This document shows positions 51,385-63,670 of a stretch of DNA of 64,000 nucleotides, one piece after another. Under the pieces are notes generated by a model. The model saw only the letters and a list, made by a program, of their open reading frames with translations. It was not told where the DNA came from and did not search any database. The translations under genes were made by a program, and so were the position numbers. Numbering within the stretch: the stretch's first letter is position 1; every line of letters begins with the position of its first letter. The stretch is taken from positions 56,868,960 through 56,932,959 of the forward strand of contig NC_068996.1 in the NCBI RefSeq assembly GCF_001194135.2, read 5' to 3'. This stretch comes from Octopus bimaculoides. Its lineage: Eukaryota.

Positions 51385-53341
51385 TATTTATATTATTATA
51401 TGATCGAATGCCACACATCCTTTTCCAGTAAGTTTTATCTTTATAATTCTGATGTGACACTTCTATCACTATCCTCTCACTATCTCTATTCTCCCTCTCC
51501 TTCTTTCATTTTGTTATTCTCTCCCACCCATTCTCTAATTCTTCTCCTCCCCTTCATCATTCTCTATCTCTCCCTCACTCTCGTTGATCACACGCGACCA
51601 GCGGCTATCTTTCTTTCTTCTCTTTGCGCTACAAGAGACAACACATATTTTTGCCTGTGTCCTCTCAAAGCTTGTTTCTCCAGAGTTCATCCCTTCACCT
51701 CATTATAGCTTAACAGCCCTCACCATTTGTTTTTACTGTTTTGTTCTTACTGGCCTTGTTTTTGTTACTACTTTAATCCTCTGCAAATCCCAAATTTTAT
51801 TTAATTTGCTTTGCAGGAATGACTGTTTTAGCGAAGACATGTCTTGTCCCAAGCGTTCAAAATGTGGAGTAGATAAAACAGTAACAACTGATGAAGGGAT
51901 TGTTCTTTATGTTGTCTGTCTCATCTCTCTATTTGTTTCTTTCATTGTTCGGAAAGAGTTCGTTTTCCATGTTTTTGTTTTTTCATGTTCTCATTTTTCA
52001 TGTTGTTCACAATTTTTACGTCCTGTACCCATATATGCATGTGTATATATATATATATATGTATGTAGGTATGTACATATATGTATGTATATATGCATAT
52101 ATATATATATCATTTATATTATTATTATTATATATACATTGACATGAGAGTTAGTTCAAGTTATTTTTAATTATAAATTACATAATTATAATTACATGAT
52201 CTTTACACATTTCACTGGTGAATACCAGTATGTTATGTGGTAATCATTACATGAATGATTGTGCAATAAATGATGCTGAAATATTAAATCTTCAGAAGAA
52301 AATAGTCATTCACTTCATTATTATTTCATGCTAGCATATAGGAAAAACTCATGTCATACATGTATATATACATTCATACACACACACACACACACACACA
52401 CATACACACACACATATATAATAAATGCAAAGCTAATTTCTGTGTGTCAGTGTGTCACACTTAGACTCCCCCTCTCACTATTCAATGACACTCCTACTAT
52501 TCCTCATGATGGGGTGAGAGTAATAGGAGGCATAGAGATGGTGCGGGCAGTGGTGAAGACAGACAGACTGAGAGAGAAAGAAAAAGAGAAGGAGAGAAAG
52601 AAAAAGAGAAGGAGAGAAAGAAAAAGAGAAGGAGAGAAAGTGTGACAAAGAAATTTAGTGAGAGTTGATGTTTTTTTTTAAAGTAGTTGTATTGATGGTG
52701 GCAGTGGGAGTAATAATAAAAGAGAGAGAAAGAGTGGGTATGTGCCCATCCTAAAAGAGGTCACCATCCTTGAACTCATGTCTCATGCCAGTAGCTATGG
52801 TAAAAAACATTCCAAACTGAAAAGAAATCCCTCTTTCTAACCTCTCTGCCTATTTATCTGTCTATCTGTCTTCATCTGTATATCTCTGTGGTGGTGGTAG
52901 CCAGGGCATTTAGGGATAACAGTGATACTAAGTGATTTGAAAGACAGTGTTGATGGTGGTGGAGGGGAAGGCGGTGAAGTCAAAGGTGTTGATGGTGGTG
53001 GTGTCAGAAGTCTGAATGGTGTGTGTGTATGGCAGTTATGGTAGCAATGGTGGTGGTACTAGTGATGGTGATGGTTGAAAACAATCAACAAAAAGAGAGA
53101 GAGGGGGAAGGAAAGAGGTTACAAAAAAAAAATTGTACTGACCTCTGAATGGGAAGACAAGAAATGTCTTTTATCATGCAGCTTTGCAATAAGTTCCCAA
53201 GTCAACAAATTATTTCCTTCTTTTGATGAAAATTATTCATTGTTTGAAAAATATTGGTCAAGTTAATAAAAGTTTATATGTACTCAATGCATGAGGAGTC
53301 ATTGTTGGGCTCAAGGCTTGATGAAGAGCCCTCCACAGGAG

Positions 53342-54010
53342 CTAGCTTAAAATCCGACCTATAGGGTAGCTTTTAAGCTAGTATCTGATAAAATAAATGT
53401 GAATGTCAGTGTTTCACACTTTTTCAACTTTAATAAATCCTTTCTACTGGAAGCACAGGCCTCAAATTTTAGGGGAGGGGATTAAGTTGATTACATCGAT
53501 CTCAGTATGTAACTAGTACAAATTTTACCAACCCTGAAAAGATGAAAGGCAAAGTCAACCTTGGCGGAATTCGAACAACTGATTCCACGAGTAAATTAAA
53601 AACATTCCGGACTGAATCTGGACCTGTAATCCTAAAATTTTGGAATCCCAAGTTTTCATTCCTGTGATTGTTTGCAGTGATTTATTTACGTGACTTTTTG
53701 CAATGAATTTTTTTGTACGATAACAATTTTCATAATCTAAAGCCTAACTCCATAAGTAAATTAAAAACATTCTGGGCCGAATCCAGACCTGCAATCCTGA
53801 AATTTTGGATTCCTATGTGTTCAATACTGCGATTGTCTATGGCAATGATTTTTACATGACTTTTTGCAACGAATATGATCATGATTGGAATATGACTCTG
53901 GAGGAAGCAACTGCAACAAATTCTGCAAAACAAGTTGGAGATCTGTTTGCAGTTCTTCCCCTTCAGGGTCAGTTGATTAAAAGCCACCCAATAGGGCTGC
54001 TTTTAAGCTA

Positions 54011-54011
<1 letters not shown>
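53342..54011. mobile_element. Element with self-palindromic ~37-bp ends and two 165-bp internal tandem units; contains a SINE A insertion
   Basis: Ends ctagcttaaaa..cctatagg..ttttaagctag and ttaaaagccacccaatagggctgcttttaagctag. Units start at 53584 and 53749. Confidence 0.5.
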
Positions 54012-54054
<43 letters not shown>

Positions 54055-55299
54055 NNNNNNNNNNNNNNNNNNNNNNNNNNNNNNNNNNNNNNNNNNNNNN
54101 NNNNNNNNNNNNNNNNNNNNNNNNNNNNNNNNNNNNNNNNNNNNNNNNNNNNNNNNNNNNNNNNNNNNNNNNNNNNNNNNNNNNNNNNNNNNNNNNNNNN
54201 NNNNNNNNNNNNNNNNNNNNNNNNNNNNNNNNNNNNNNNNNNNNNNNNNNNNNNNNNNNNNNNNNNNNNNNNNNNNNNNNNNNNNNNNNNNNNNNNNNNN
54301 NNNNNNNNNNNNNNNNNNNNNNNNNNNNNNNNNNNNNNNNNNNNNNNNNNNNNNNNNNNNNNNNNNNNNNNNNNNNNNNNNNNNNNNNNNNNNNNNNNNN
54401 NNNNNNNNNNNNNNNNNNNNNNNNNNNNNNNNNNNNNNNNNNNNNNNNNNNNNNNNNNNNNNNNNNNNNNNNNNNNNNNNNNNNNNNNNNNNNNNNNNNN
54501 NNNNNNNNNNNNNNNNNNNNNNNNNNNNNNNNNNNNNNNNNNNNNNNNNNNNNNNNNNNNNNNNNNNNNNNNNNNNNNNNNNNNNNNNNNNNNNNNNNNN
54601 NNNNNNNNNNNNNNNNNNNNNNNNNNNNNNNNNNNNNNNNNNNNNNNNNNNNNNNNNNNNNNNNNNNNNNNNNNNNNNNNNNNNNNNNNNNNNNNNNNNN
54701 NNNNNNNNNNNNNNNNNNNNNNNNNNNNNNNNNNNNNNNNNNNNNNNNNNNNNNNNNNNNNNNNNNNNNNNNNNNNNNNNNNNNNNNNNNNNNNNNNNNN
54801 NNNNNNNNNNNNNNAGCTTCCTTACCAACTACATGGTTCCAGGTTAATTCCCACTGTGTAGCACCTTGGGCAAGTGTCTTCTACTATAGCTTTAGACTGT
54901 GAGTGGATTTGGTAGACAGAAACTGAAAGAAGCCCATCGTGTATATATATAGATAGATATGTATGTGTGTGTATATGTGTGTGTGTCTGTGTTTGTTCCC
55001 CCAACATCGCTTGACAACGAATGGTGGTGTGTTTGCGTCCCCGTAACTTAGCGGTTCAGCAAAAGAGACCAATAGATTAAGTACTAGGCTTACAAAGAAT
55101 AAGTCCTGGGGTCGATTTGTTCGACTAAAGGTGGNNNNNNNNNNATTAAGTACTAGGCTTACAAAGAATAAGTCCTGGGGTCGATTTGTTCGACTAAAGG
55201 TGGTGCTCCAGCATGGCCGCAGTGAAATGACTGAAACAAGTAAAAGAGAGTAAAGAGAGTCTAAACAAGAAATGATACCTGGTTATGTACAGACGCTTC

Positions 55300-55830
55300 T
55301 CTTATCGCCAGAGTGAGGCACACTAAGTTTCCAATAATTGTGATGGCTTAAGGAGTGGTGAGTAACGAACGTCTTGTCACCTCACACCTTTCCACAGAGC
55401 CTTAGAAATTAATGCTGGCAGACACATTGAGGTGCTGGAAACAGTTGCTTAAGCCCTGGGTGTAAAAGCAAGCAAAATGATGGCTTGATTAAGTTAAGTT
55501 TTATTTGTGAAATACAGTTGTTTTGAATTTGAAGTAGGAAGTGGTTTATGTTTGTGGTGGTTGGGGTGCTAAGAATGTGGCCTGGGTGCCAGTGGGGGGC
55601 AGCCTGAAATAGTTTGGGAACCAACTGATTTAGAGTGTGGTTGAATGAGAAACTAATAACCATTCTCACAAGACCATAGATTCATTAAAGGCCACCATTG
55701 TCCATGTAATGTTTAAAAGGAATAAGGAACATACAGCGTAAGAATGTCAGTGATTCTGGACTCACAGTGGAGCAACCATCAAAATTGAAAGCAGCAGATT
55801 CATAGAATATTCCTGAGAACCTGCATGCAA
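55300..55830 (+). mobile_element. Degenerate maT/Tc1-like transposase remnant
   Basis: EVLETV..KPW and VVE*ETNNHSHKTIDSLKATIV resemble the C-terminus of the elements at 8848 and 56735. Confidence 0.45.
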
Positions 55831-55885
55831 GCTTTTATTAAAATATGTTTGGTTCTTACTAGATAAGAGTTATTTTATTAAATTA

Positions 55886-56210
55886 CAGTGACACATGGGG
55901 TCTTTCGAGCAGGATCGTTGCCAGTGCCCCTGGACTGGCTCTTGTGCGGGTGACACATGAGGCTTTTTTTTTTTTCGAGTGGGATCGTTTTCCAGTGCCC
56001 CCGGACTGGCCCATGTGCGGGCAACACATGAAATCTTTCGAGCGGGATCATTGCCAGTGCCCCTGGACTGGCTTATGTGCGGGCGACACATGATATCTTT
56101 CGTGCGAGATCGTTGCCAGTGCCCATAGACTGGCTCTTGTGCGAGTGACACATGAGGTTTTTCGAGCAAGATCGTTGCCGGTGCCCCTGGACTGGCTCTT
56201 GTGCGGGTGG
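55886..56210 (+). repeat. ~61-bp minisatellite (5-6 units) at the 5' side of a family C SINE
   Basis: Unit gtgacacatgaggtctttcgagcgggatcgttgccagtgcccctggactggctcttgtgcgg. Confidence 0.9.
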
Positions 56211-56734
56211 CACATAAAAGACACCATTTCGAGCGTGGCCGTTTTCGTGCGGGTGACACGTAAAAGCACCCACTACACTCTCTGAGTGGTTGGCATTAGG
56301 AAGGGTATCCAGCTGTAGAAACTCTGCCAAATTAGATTGGAAACTGGTGTTGCCATCCGGTTTCACCAGTCCTCAGTCAAATCGTCCAACCCATGCTAAC
56401 ATGGAAGGCGGACGTTAAACGATGATGATGATCCTCAAATATATATATATAACTAGCTCCTGGGCTGGTGGCACGTAAAAAGCACCATCTGAACATGGTT
56501 GATGCTTGTGCCCCCTGTCTGGCTCCCATGCCTGTGGCACGTAAAAAACACCCACTATACTCTCAGAGTGGTTGGCATTAGGAAGGACATCCAGCTGTAG
56601 AAACCTTGCCAGATCAGGTTGGAGCCTGGTGCAGGCTCCTGGCTTGCCAGTCCTCTATCAAACCATCCAACTCATGCTAGCATGGAGAACAAACGTTAAA
56701 CAATGATGATGATATATATATATATATATATATA

Positions 56735-57615
56735 CTGGGTGTGGTGAATAAACTGTCGTCTGCGTTATGTAAAAATGTAAATAACACTGATATATCATTT
56801 TAACACATATTTACCATAATTACATAAAAATATTTTGAGTAAATTTATTCAATAAAATCACCATTGGCTTCAACCACAGCCTCCAAATGACTTCGGAATG
56901 TCCTGCAACTCTTTTGAACAGCCTCCTGGTTTAAGTTGGTGAATGATGGCATAATCCTTGCCTTCAATTCATCTTTGGTGTTACAAAGAGTTTTGTTGGT
57001 CTCTCGCTCAACTGTGCCTCACACAATAATCAAGAGGGTTGCAGTCTGGGGAGTTAGGTGGTCAGATGTTAGGGGATGATGTGGTTGCAGGAATTGTCTG
57101 ACAGCAATGACTGGGTTCTCCTGCTTGTGTGGCATGGTGCAGAGTCCTGTTGCCAGACATAGGGTCTTCCAGCAACCACTCTCTTGACCCAGGGCAGCAC
57201 TACCTCTTCCAGGCACTTGATGTAGGCCTTCGTATTGAGTCTAAAGCCATGTAGGAAGATGAATGTAGGCATAATGTCGCCTCGCCATCACTAGTGATCC
57301 CTCCAAACACCATGAAGTTGACTGGATGTTTCAGTTTTATCACTCTCGTTACATGTCCTCAGATTGCACTGTCCTCAGAATGACACCCAAACACTCTGAA
57401 ATATTCATATTGGAGCTTCTGGCATGAATGCCAAGCAGTACAGCATGTCATTTCCAAATTTCTGGCAGAGTGAATTGCATCATGGTGCAGTTTTTTCTCA
57501 CAGATGGTGCCCAACTAACCCTACTATACTGTGTACTCAACAAAATCAAAAACAAACAATGCGCATGCGTGAAAATAAAAATAAAATATGGTGACAATTT
57601 ACCCATCGCACCCTA
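56735..57615 (-). mobile_element. Internally deleted DD37D (maT-like) element, copy 2
   Basis: TA-flanked TIRs. AYIKCLEEVVLPWVKRVVAGRPYVWQQDSAPCHTSRRTQS. Same length and deletion as 8848-9724. Confidence 0.9.
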
Positions 57616-57621
57616 TATATA

Positions 57622-57671
<50 letters not shown>

Positions 57672-57910
57672 AATACATACATATATATATATTTGCATAT
57701 TTGTAAGATTATCTATATAGATTATCTATAGAAACTAGTGCCAGTACTGAAAGTTATAATGTTTCATATAGGAATACGTCTATGTAAACAATACAATTGA
57801 AGTTAAACAATGTAGGTAATGGATGTGCATGCCATATTTCAGGAGTTCTTTCACCTTCTTCAACACCACATCCAACTGATTAACCATCCACGAACACATT
57901 GCTTAAATAG

Positions 57911-58101
57911 CCATCACATACTGTGGTGTAACATTATTGGATAAACCAGTTACACTAAAATATCCATATAAACTCATTACATGTTTCTTCAATCGCAGTA
58001 TTCGTATACGAGATGTCATAACTTTCAGTGTTGGCTCTAGTTTGTATAGAAAATCTGTAGTGATAGCATTAAAAAGTGACTGGATTGCACTGCTAACACA
58101 G
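57911..58101 (+). CDS. Exon of unidentified host gene (xITYCGVTLLDKPVTLKYPYKLITCFFNRSIRIRDVITFSVGSSLYRKSVVIALKSDWIALLTQ), phase 1 to 0
   Basis: Acceptor cattgcttaaatag, donor CAG|gtagga, 191 nt open (overlaps track ORF 57937-58125). T+CC splice from exon 42778 gives Ser in frame. Confidence 0.6.
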
Positions 58102-58409
58102 GTAGGACACAATATTGATTTATAAGTCTTTAATATACTTGGTTGTATATTATGGTTGTTTATGAAATACAGTGTCCTTACAAGCAATTATTACATATTT
58201 ATACATAAATGCTTATACTCACCCACACACACATATATATATGTATATACAGATATATATATGTATGTATGTATATGTATATCTATCTATATGCATGTAT
58301 GCAAGCGAGTACATATAACTAATTCTACTCATCCACACATTTTACACCCCCCCCCCCCCCCCCACTGCACATATCCACTTTGCTGCAATGTTTAATGTGT
58401 ATCTGTTTT

Positions 58410-58880
58410 ACCAAATAGACTTTTGCCTGTCTATATTCTTGCTGTTATACAATTTGCAAACACTTCTGTAGATTTAGTTAATTGCACCTCGTTAGAACTT
58501 TTCTGGCACACCTGTCATCTTTATTGAGTTTGCTTTTCTTCAAGTGAAGAACCTTGATATTGGTATTGCCCAGGTGCCAACGCTTTTAATGATGCTCCAA
58601 CTCTTGTCAATATTACCTATCATTCTCCCTTTCACTTCATAACATTATACTACACAAATCTCAAATATTTATATTCTTTTCCCACCGTATGGCAATTTAA
58701 TTGCTTTGCCATTCCAAAGCCTAACTTTCTCACACTTCACCATTTCCCATCTCTTTGTTGTTGCAAACATTGACATACTCATTAATTCTAAGCTGCATCT
58801 CAATATCTTGGCTGAAAATTTCTTACATTGTATCAAATAATCCAGCGCCTTCACATTGAAGTTAAACTTTGAAATCATCT
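58410..58880 (-). mobile_element. Decayed RLE LINE RT fragment
   Basis: FSQDIEMQL, EYKYL and KALAPGQYQ (INTWAIP-like) motifs across frames. Confidence 0.55.
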
Positions 58881-59014
58881 AAGAGAATGGAACTTTTGTT
58901 TCTCTTATTCTTTTATTTGTTTTTGGCATTGGATTGCAGCCATACTGGGGCACCACCTTAAAGGGTTTTGTCAATTAAATCAACCCATAGTACAGGGATA
59001 TAAACAAATCAATG

Positions 59015-59054
<40 letters not shown>

Positions 59055-59562
59055 CATGCACGTGCACACCATGTCATCACCTATCATATATATTTTAATA
59101 TCAATATTCATATTTCCTGATGTATTTTCAGATACTCCCATACATATATATTACATTGTATATACATTGTAGATATAAATATGTGTACAATGCATTATAT
59201 ATATATATATAATAATATTAGGGACAAAATCCAAAATTACAGGTAAAAACTCAGTTACAGTCTGTCATACCAGCCATGATGAAATACCACAAGGTATAGA
59301 AAATACGTATTCGCCTTTATATATTTATATATTTAATCCTTTATATTGAACACTCAATATTTCATCTATTCAATAAGACATATTCCATATATTCAATAAG
59401 ACATTCAATACTTCATTTCATTGTACCATCCATCTTTTTTTATATTATATATTATATATTCCNNNNNNNNNNNNNNNNNNNNNNNNNNNNNNNNNNNNNN
59501 NNNNNNNNNNNNNNNNNNNNNNNNNNNNNNNNNNNNNNNNNNNNNNNNNNNNNNNNNNNNNN

Positions 59563-59602
<40 letters not shown>

Positions 59603-59667
59603 ATATGTATGTATTATATGTTATATATGAATTGTAAATATGTATTTATCCTTATGTAATATACACA

Positions 59668-59706
<39 letters not shown>

Positions 59707-60782
59707 ACACACACAGAGTTTCTTTATTTGTTAGTTTATTGTTGTTGTCAGGTGTATTAATCAACAAATTAAGTAGTTGACCAAACATTGACCAGACTAC
59801 GTTTCTGATGAAATTTGATGCTTTCAAATTTAACATTTTGATTTGCTCTTCCAGTGTGTACCATTCCTTTGCAATCTCTGTCTTTTTTTTTTATGCAAGA
59901 ACACCATTGAAATAGATTTGCAAGATTTTTTTTTCGGTCTTGTCGAATTTTCATTCAGAAATAGACTTGGTGGCTACAAGGTTAAGGTGCTGAACTACTT
60001 ACTAAATGGTCATTAGTTCAATCTTCACTGTAACAGCCGTTGCTTTTTGTGTGATCTTGATTAAAGTACAAACTGATTTTACTTGTTCCAGTTTGCCTGA
60101 TTAATCTGTAACAAGTCCTTAATCCTTGCTTCACAGTTCAGTCATTAATAAAAGAGGCATCCATCTGTAAAAGCAATTGCTTTCTACCAATAAACTATGC
60201 CAACTGTAATTTCCCAGCAAGAAGAGAGTAAAAAATACAAATAAAATAATGAAAAATATTTGATATTTGATCAATAACAATAGCTGGTCCTCCAGTTGCT
60301 GATTGTCTTAAAATAATTAGTTTGATTTTTTTTTCAATTGATTTTATATCAGTAAAGCTTACTCCTTGATTATTTTTCATCCCACCCCTACCCCTAGCCA
60401 NNNNNNNNNNNNNNNNNNGGGGGGGGGGGGGGGGTGAGGTGTGTGTGATTTGTGTTCAATATAGAAAAAAAATTATTTTCTAAAACTGTTATTACTATGA
60501 AAAGAAAAAAAAATTTATTTATTTAGATAAAAAGAAAAAGGAACCTATTACAAGTAATATTCCTTTTGTTGTTGTTTAGTCTTGGGTCAGTGGCAAGTTT
60601 GCAGATCAATCCATTCATGACTCTCTTGTGTTTTTGTATATTTAGAGTTGTAGCCAATGCAATGTTTGATTTGGTTGGAATTTGGTTGTTATTTATAGCA
60701 GAGTGAACATCATTATTGATATTTTTTTCCATTGACTTGTAATTTAAAATTAGAAGTGAGAAGTTTGATGTCAATAAACAGC

Positions 60783-61220
60783 TTATCAACCACAAATCAA
60801 CAGTTTATTGTCCAGAAATTGTTCATTGACTGTAAAGTTTGTTGACCATAAAGAGTTCCTTGCTATATATAATACATTGTCCATACGTAATGCATTGTCC
60901 ATGAACAATTTATCAATCATAAATAGTTTATTGATCATAAACAAGTTGTTGTCCATAAACAGTTTATCAATATTAAACAATTCATTATCCAAAAACTATT
61001 TATTGAGTATAAAATCTTTCCATAAATTTTCTTCTCCTTAAATAGTTTATTCTCCAAAAACAGTTTACTTTCTAACAGCTTGTTGATGAAAAATATTTTA
61101 TCATTCATAAATTTTGTTGTTCATAAACAGTTTACTGTCTATAAATAATCTGTTGTCTATAATATTATGGACATAAACATAAATAATATATTGTTCAAAC
61201 ACAGTTTATTAACTATAAAC
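60783..61220. repeat. Degenerate 18-bp minisatellite (~ttrttgtccataaacagt), about 24 units
   Basis: Gives 6-aa periodicity MDNELF/NIDKLF/MDNNLF/MINKLF in track ORF 60786-60992. Confidence 0.75.
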
Positions 61221-61565
61221 CATTTATTTATTTGTTGCATCCAGGATACTGTTTCTATGAAATCCACATCAGACCTCATCATCATCATCATCATCATTGT
61301 TTAACATCTGCCTTCCATGCTAGCATGGGTGGGACACATGTTTCAATTCATTTTGAAACTAATTATGAATTTAAAGATATTTAATCTATAACTAACTTTA
61401 TCATTATTTTAGTTGATGTTTTGAAAGTAAAACTCATAGGATTGTTCTTAAAATCATGTCAAAAGATCTCATTTAAATATGAACTTTGTTTAAATTTTAA
61501 TTTAAATATTAACTTCAAATACAANNNNNNNNNNTACTGCCGTGGAATGTAAACAACGGTGTCAT

Positions 61566-62185
61566 GGGATCTTTTCCCTTGAATAAGATTAGTGCCGTTG
61601 TTTGTCAACAACAACTATCAGCGATATATATTTCGTTTGTCACTGTTATTTATGACATCGTTCGTGCGTTTGTACTGGTTTTTACTTTAGGGTTTTAGGG
61701 TCAGGGTTCGGGTTTTAGAGTTAGGGTTAGTTTTAGGATTACGGTTAGGGTTATGATTATTTTTGCCATAACCTCACACATAACCCTAACCCTAACCCTA
61801 AAACTCATAACCACAACCCTAACCTTAACCCCAACCCTAACCCTAAAACCCGAACCCTAACTCTAAAACCTGAACCCTAACCCTAAAACCTTAAACCCTC
61901 CCTAGGGAATAATGATATAATTAAACAGGGAATAACACTCTTGACACCGGTAAAAATTACTGTTTATAAAAAGAGTACTAACTGTATTCAGCTGAATAGA
62001 GGTCAGTGATTGGTTGAAATTACAGAAATACGACAACTTTAACATGAAATAACTTGCGATGTACAATTTTTTTTTAAGAAGGCTAAGAGAAAAAGTTGTT
62101 TTGTATGACACATTCTACCAGTGTCCCAAGTTTGAAAGTGTTTCGTTACGAAAACAAGTGTTACCCGTCAAACCAAAAAGATCCC
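61566..62185. mobile_element. TIR-bounded (GGGATCTTTT) element containing inverted telomere-like repeats
   Basis: gggatctttt at 61566 and aaaagatccc at 62176-62185. TTAGGG-like tract 61686-61753 faces a CCCTAA-like tract 61769-61899. Confidence 0.55.
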
Positions 62186-62240
62186 AGATTGGTTCAAATC
62201 AGATAGAGTTAGGTTTTACCTTCAGTTTTGATAACATTAA

Positions 62241-62746
62241 CCCTTTTGTTAGCATATTTCTGTTGAAATGCACTGCCTTTCAATCAATTAATTTTGAAAA
62301 TAATGAAGAATTTAGTAAAATAACTCCTTATTAAGTTGGTGTTTGGAACATAAATTAAGATGAAATTTTGATGGAAGAAGGTTTTTAATTTAGATCACTT
62401 TAACCCTTTTGTTAANNNNNNNNNNNNNNNNNNNNNNNNNNNNNNNNNNNNNNNNNNNNNNNCTTATTAAGTTGGTGTTTGGAACATAAATTAAGATGAA
62501 ATTTTGATGGAAGAAGGTTTTTAATTTAGATCACTTTAACCCTTTTGTTAACATATTCCTGTTGAAATGCACTTTGATCAATCAATTTTTAAAATAATTA
62601 AGAATTCCATAAAATAACTTTGTCATTACTTAATGTTTGGAACTTTATAAAAATTTTGATGGCAGATTCTAATTTAGATAATTTTAAAAAAGGAAGTTTG
62701 TTTCATAAAAGCAGGGGTAGTCTTGTATGGATTGGTATCAAAAGAA
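62241..62746. mobile_element. piggyBac-like MITE with a duplicated ~162-bp 5' unit
   Basis: TTAA|cccttttgtta start, ggtatcaaaagaa|TTAA end. The ttaacccttttgtta start recurs 162 bp later. Confidence 0.6.
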
Positions 62747-63462
62747 TTAATCTGATATTGGAGAGGTATTTTCTAGATACAATGTAGTTCTGTCACAAAC
62801 GGGTTCTTCCCACCAAAATATTTGAACCCAGCAGTGTATGGTAATCAATCACTTGTCTTTTCCAAAGTGCTTCTACAAGCAGACTATTGTGATGAGTTCT
62901 ACCATTCTATGGTAGAACTCATCACTACAAGGAAGTTTGTACATAGTTACTTGTCTGCTAGAAATAGCTTTTCTTTTCTTTACCTGTTTCTGTTATCCAA
63001 TTTAATTCAGCAACATTTATCTTTTCTGTTTTATTGCCCTTTGCCATTGTTTGTGGTCAGTCACTGCATAGTCCATTTTCCTCTGCAGGTCCAGTCAAAC
63101 CATTTACTTTATTGAGATGTATTTGACAACATCTAAAGATGTTGGGGTTTCAATTTATAAAGTAAATACATACCAGTAATAAAATGGTGTCAACTGAATT
63201 GCCCAAACTGAACAGAGTCATCTGTTATATCAGAAATCAATATGTTTATTTCTAGGTGTGATTCTTAAAGCAATTATTGTTTCAAAAAAGAAAACTTGAA
63301 TATTTTGATCTTTCAATCTATGAAGTAAATTATTCTTCCAGCATATTTCAGGGAATTAAATGCTTGTGTCTTGATATTTTCCCCATCTGCTTACAACGTG
63401 TTTTGTAATATGAGTGTAATATGTGTAAAATTTGTTTTCCTTCATCCATCTGTTGATTTTAC

Positions 63463-63629
63463 CTCTTTGTTTTGGAACCTTGCAGAGTGATTATCAGACC
63501 TTTGTTTAGTAGAAATACTTTTTGTGGTGGTTGCCACTTTAACAACTTCCGGTGATGGTGCATTTTTATTTATGCTGCTATACTTTACATTCTTTTGTAC
63601 ATCAACTTCAAAGTAAACATTATTCTTGG
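63463..63629 (-). CDS. Possible minus-strand exon (xKNNVYFEVDVQKNVKYSSINKNAPSPEVVKVATTTKSISTKQRSDNHSARFQNKE), phase 1 to 0
   Basis: Acceptor gtttttcattcag, donor GAG|gtaaaa, 167 nt open. No recognisable homology. Confidence 0.3.
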
Positions 63630-63670
63630 CTGAATGAAAAACTTGTTTGTTTGTTTTTCTCCTCCTTTAG

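Noticed and set aside
53805-54011. ORF MDSYVFNTAIVYG..
   Set aside because: It falls within the second 165-bp tandem unit of a repeat element, has no splice signals, and the paralogous unit is not open in frame.
55075-55204. Exact ~58-bp tandem duplication inside a SINE
   Set aside because: The copies flank a 10-N gap and are identical, typical of unmerged contig overlap.
62326-62552. Exact ~90-bp duplication across a gap
   Set aside because: Identical sequence on both sides of an N run, most likely an assembly artefact. The 47123-47262 / 47509-47647 pair may be the same.
62889-62960. C/D box snoRNA (GTGATGA C box)
   Set aside because: No CTGA D box at a suitable distance on either strand.
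62983-63100. Minus-strand donor CAG|gtaaag with short ORF MAKGNKTEK..
   Set aside because: Another frame reads LDLQRKMDYAVTDHKQWQRAI, like an RTE LINE C-terminus, so it is more likely a TE remnant.
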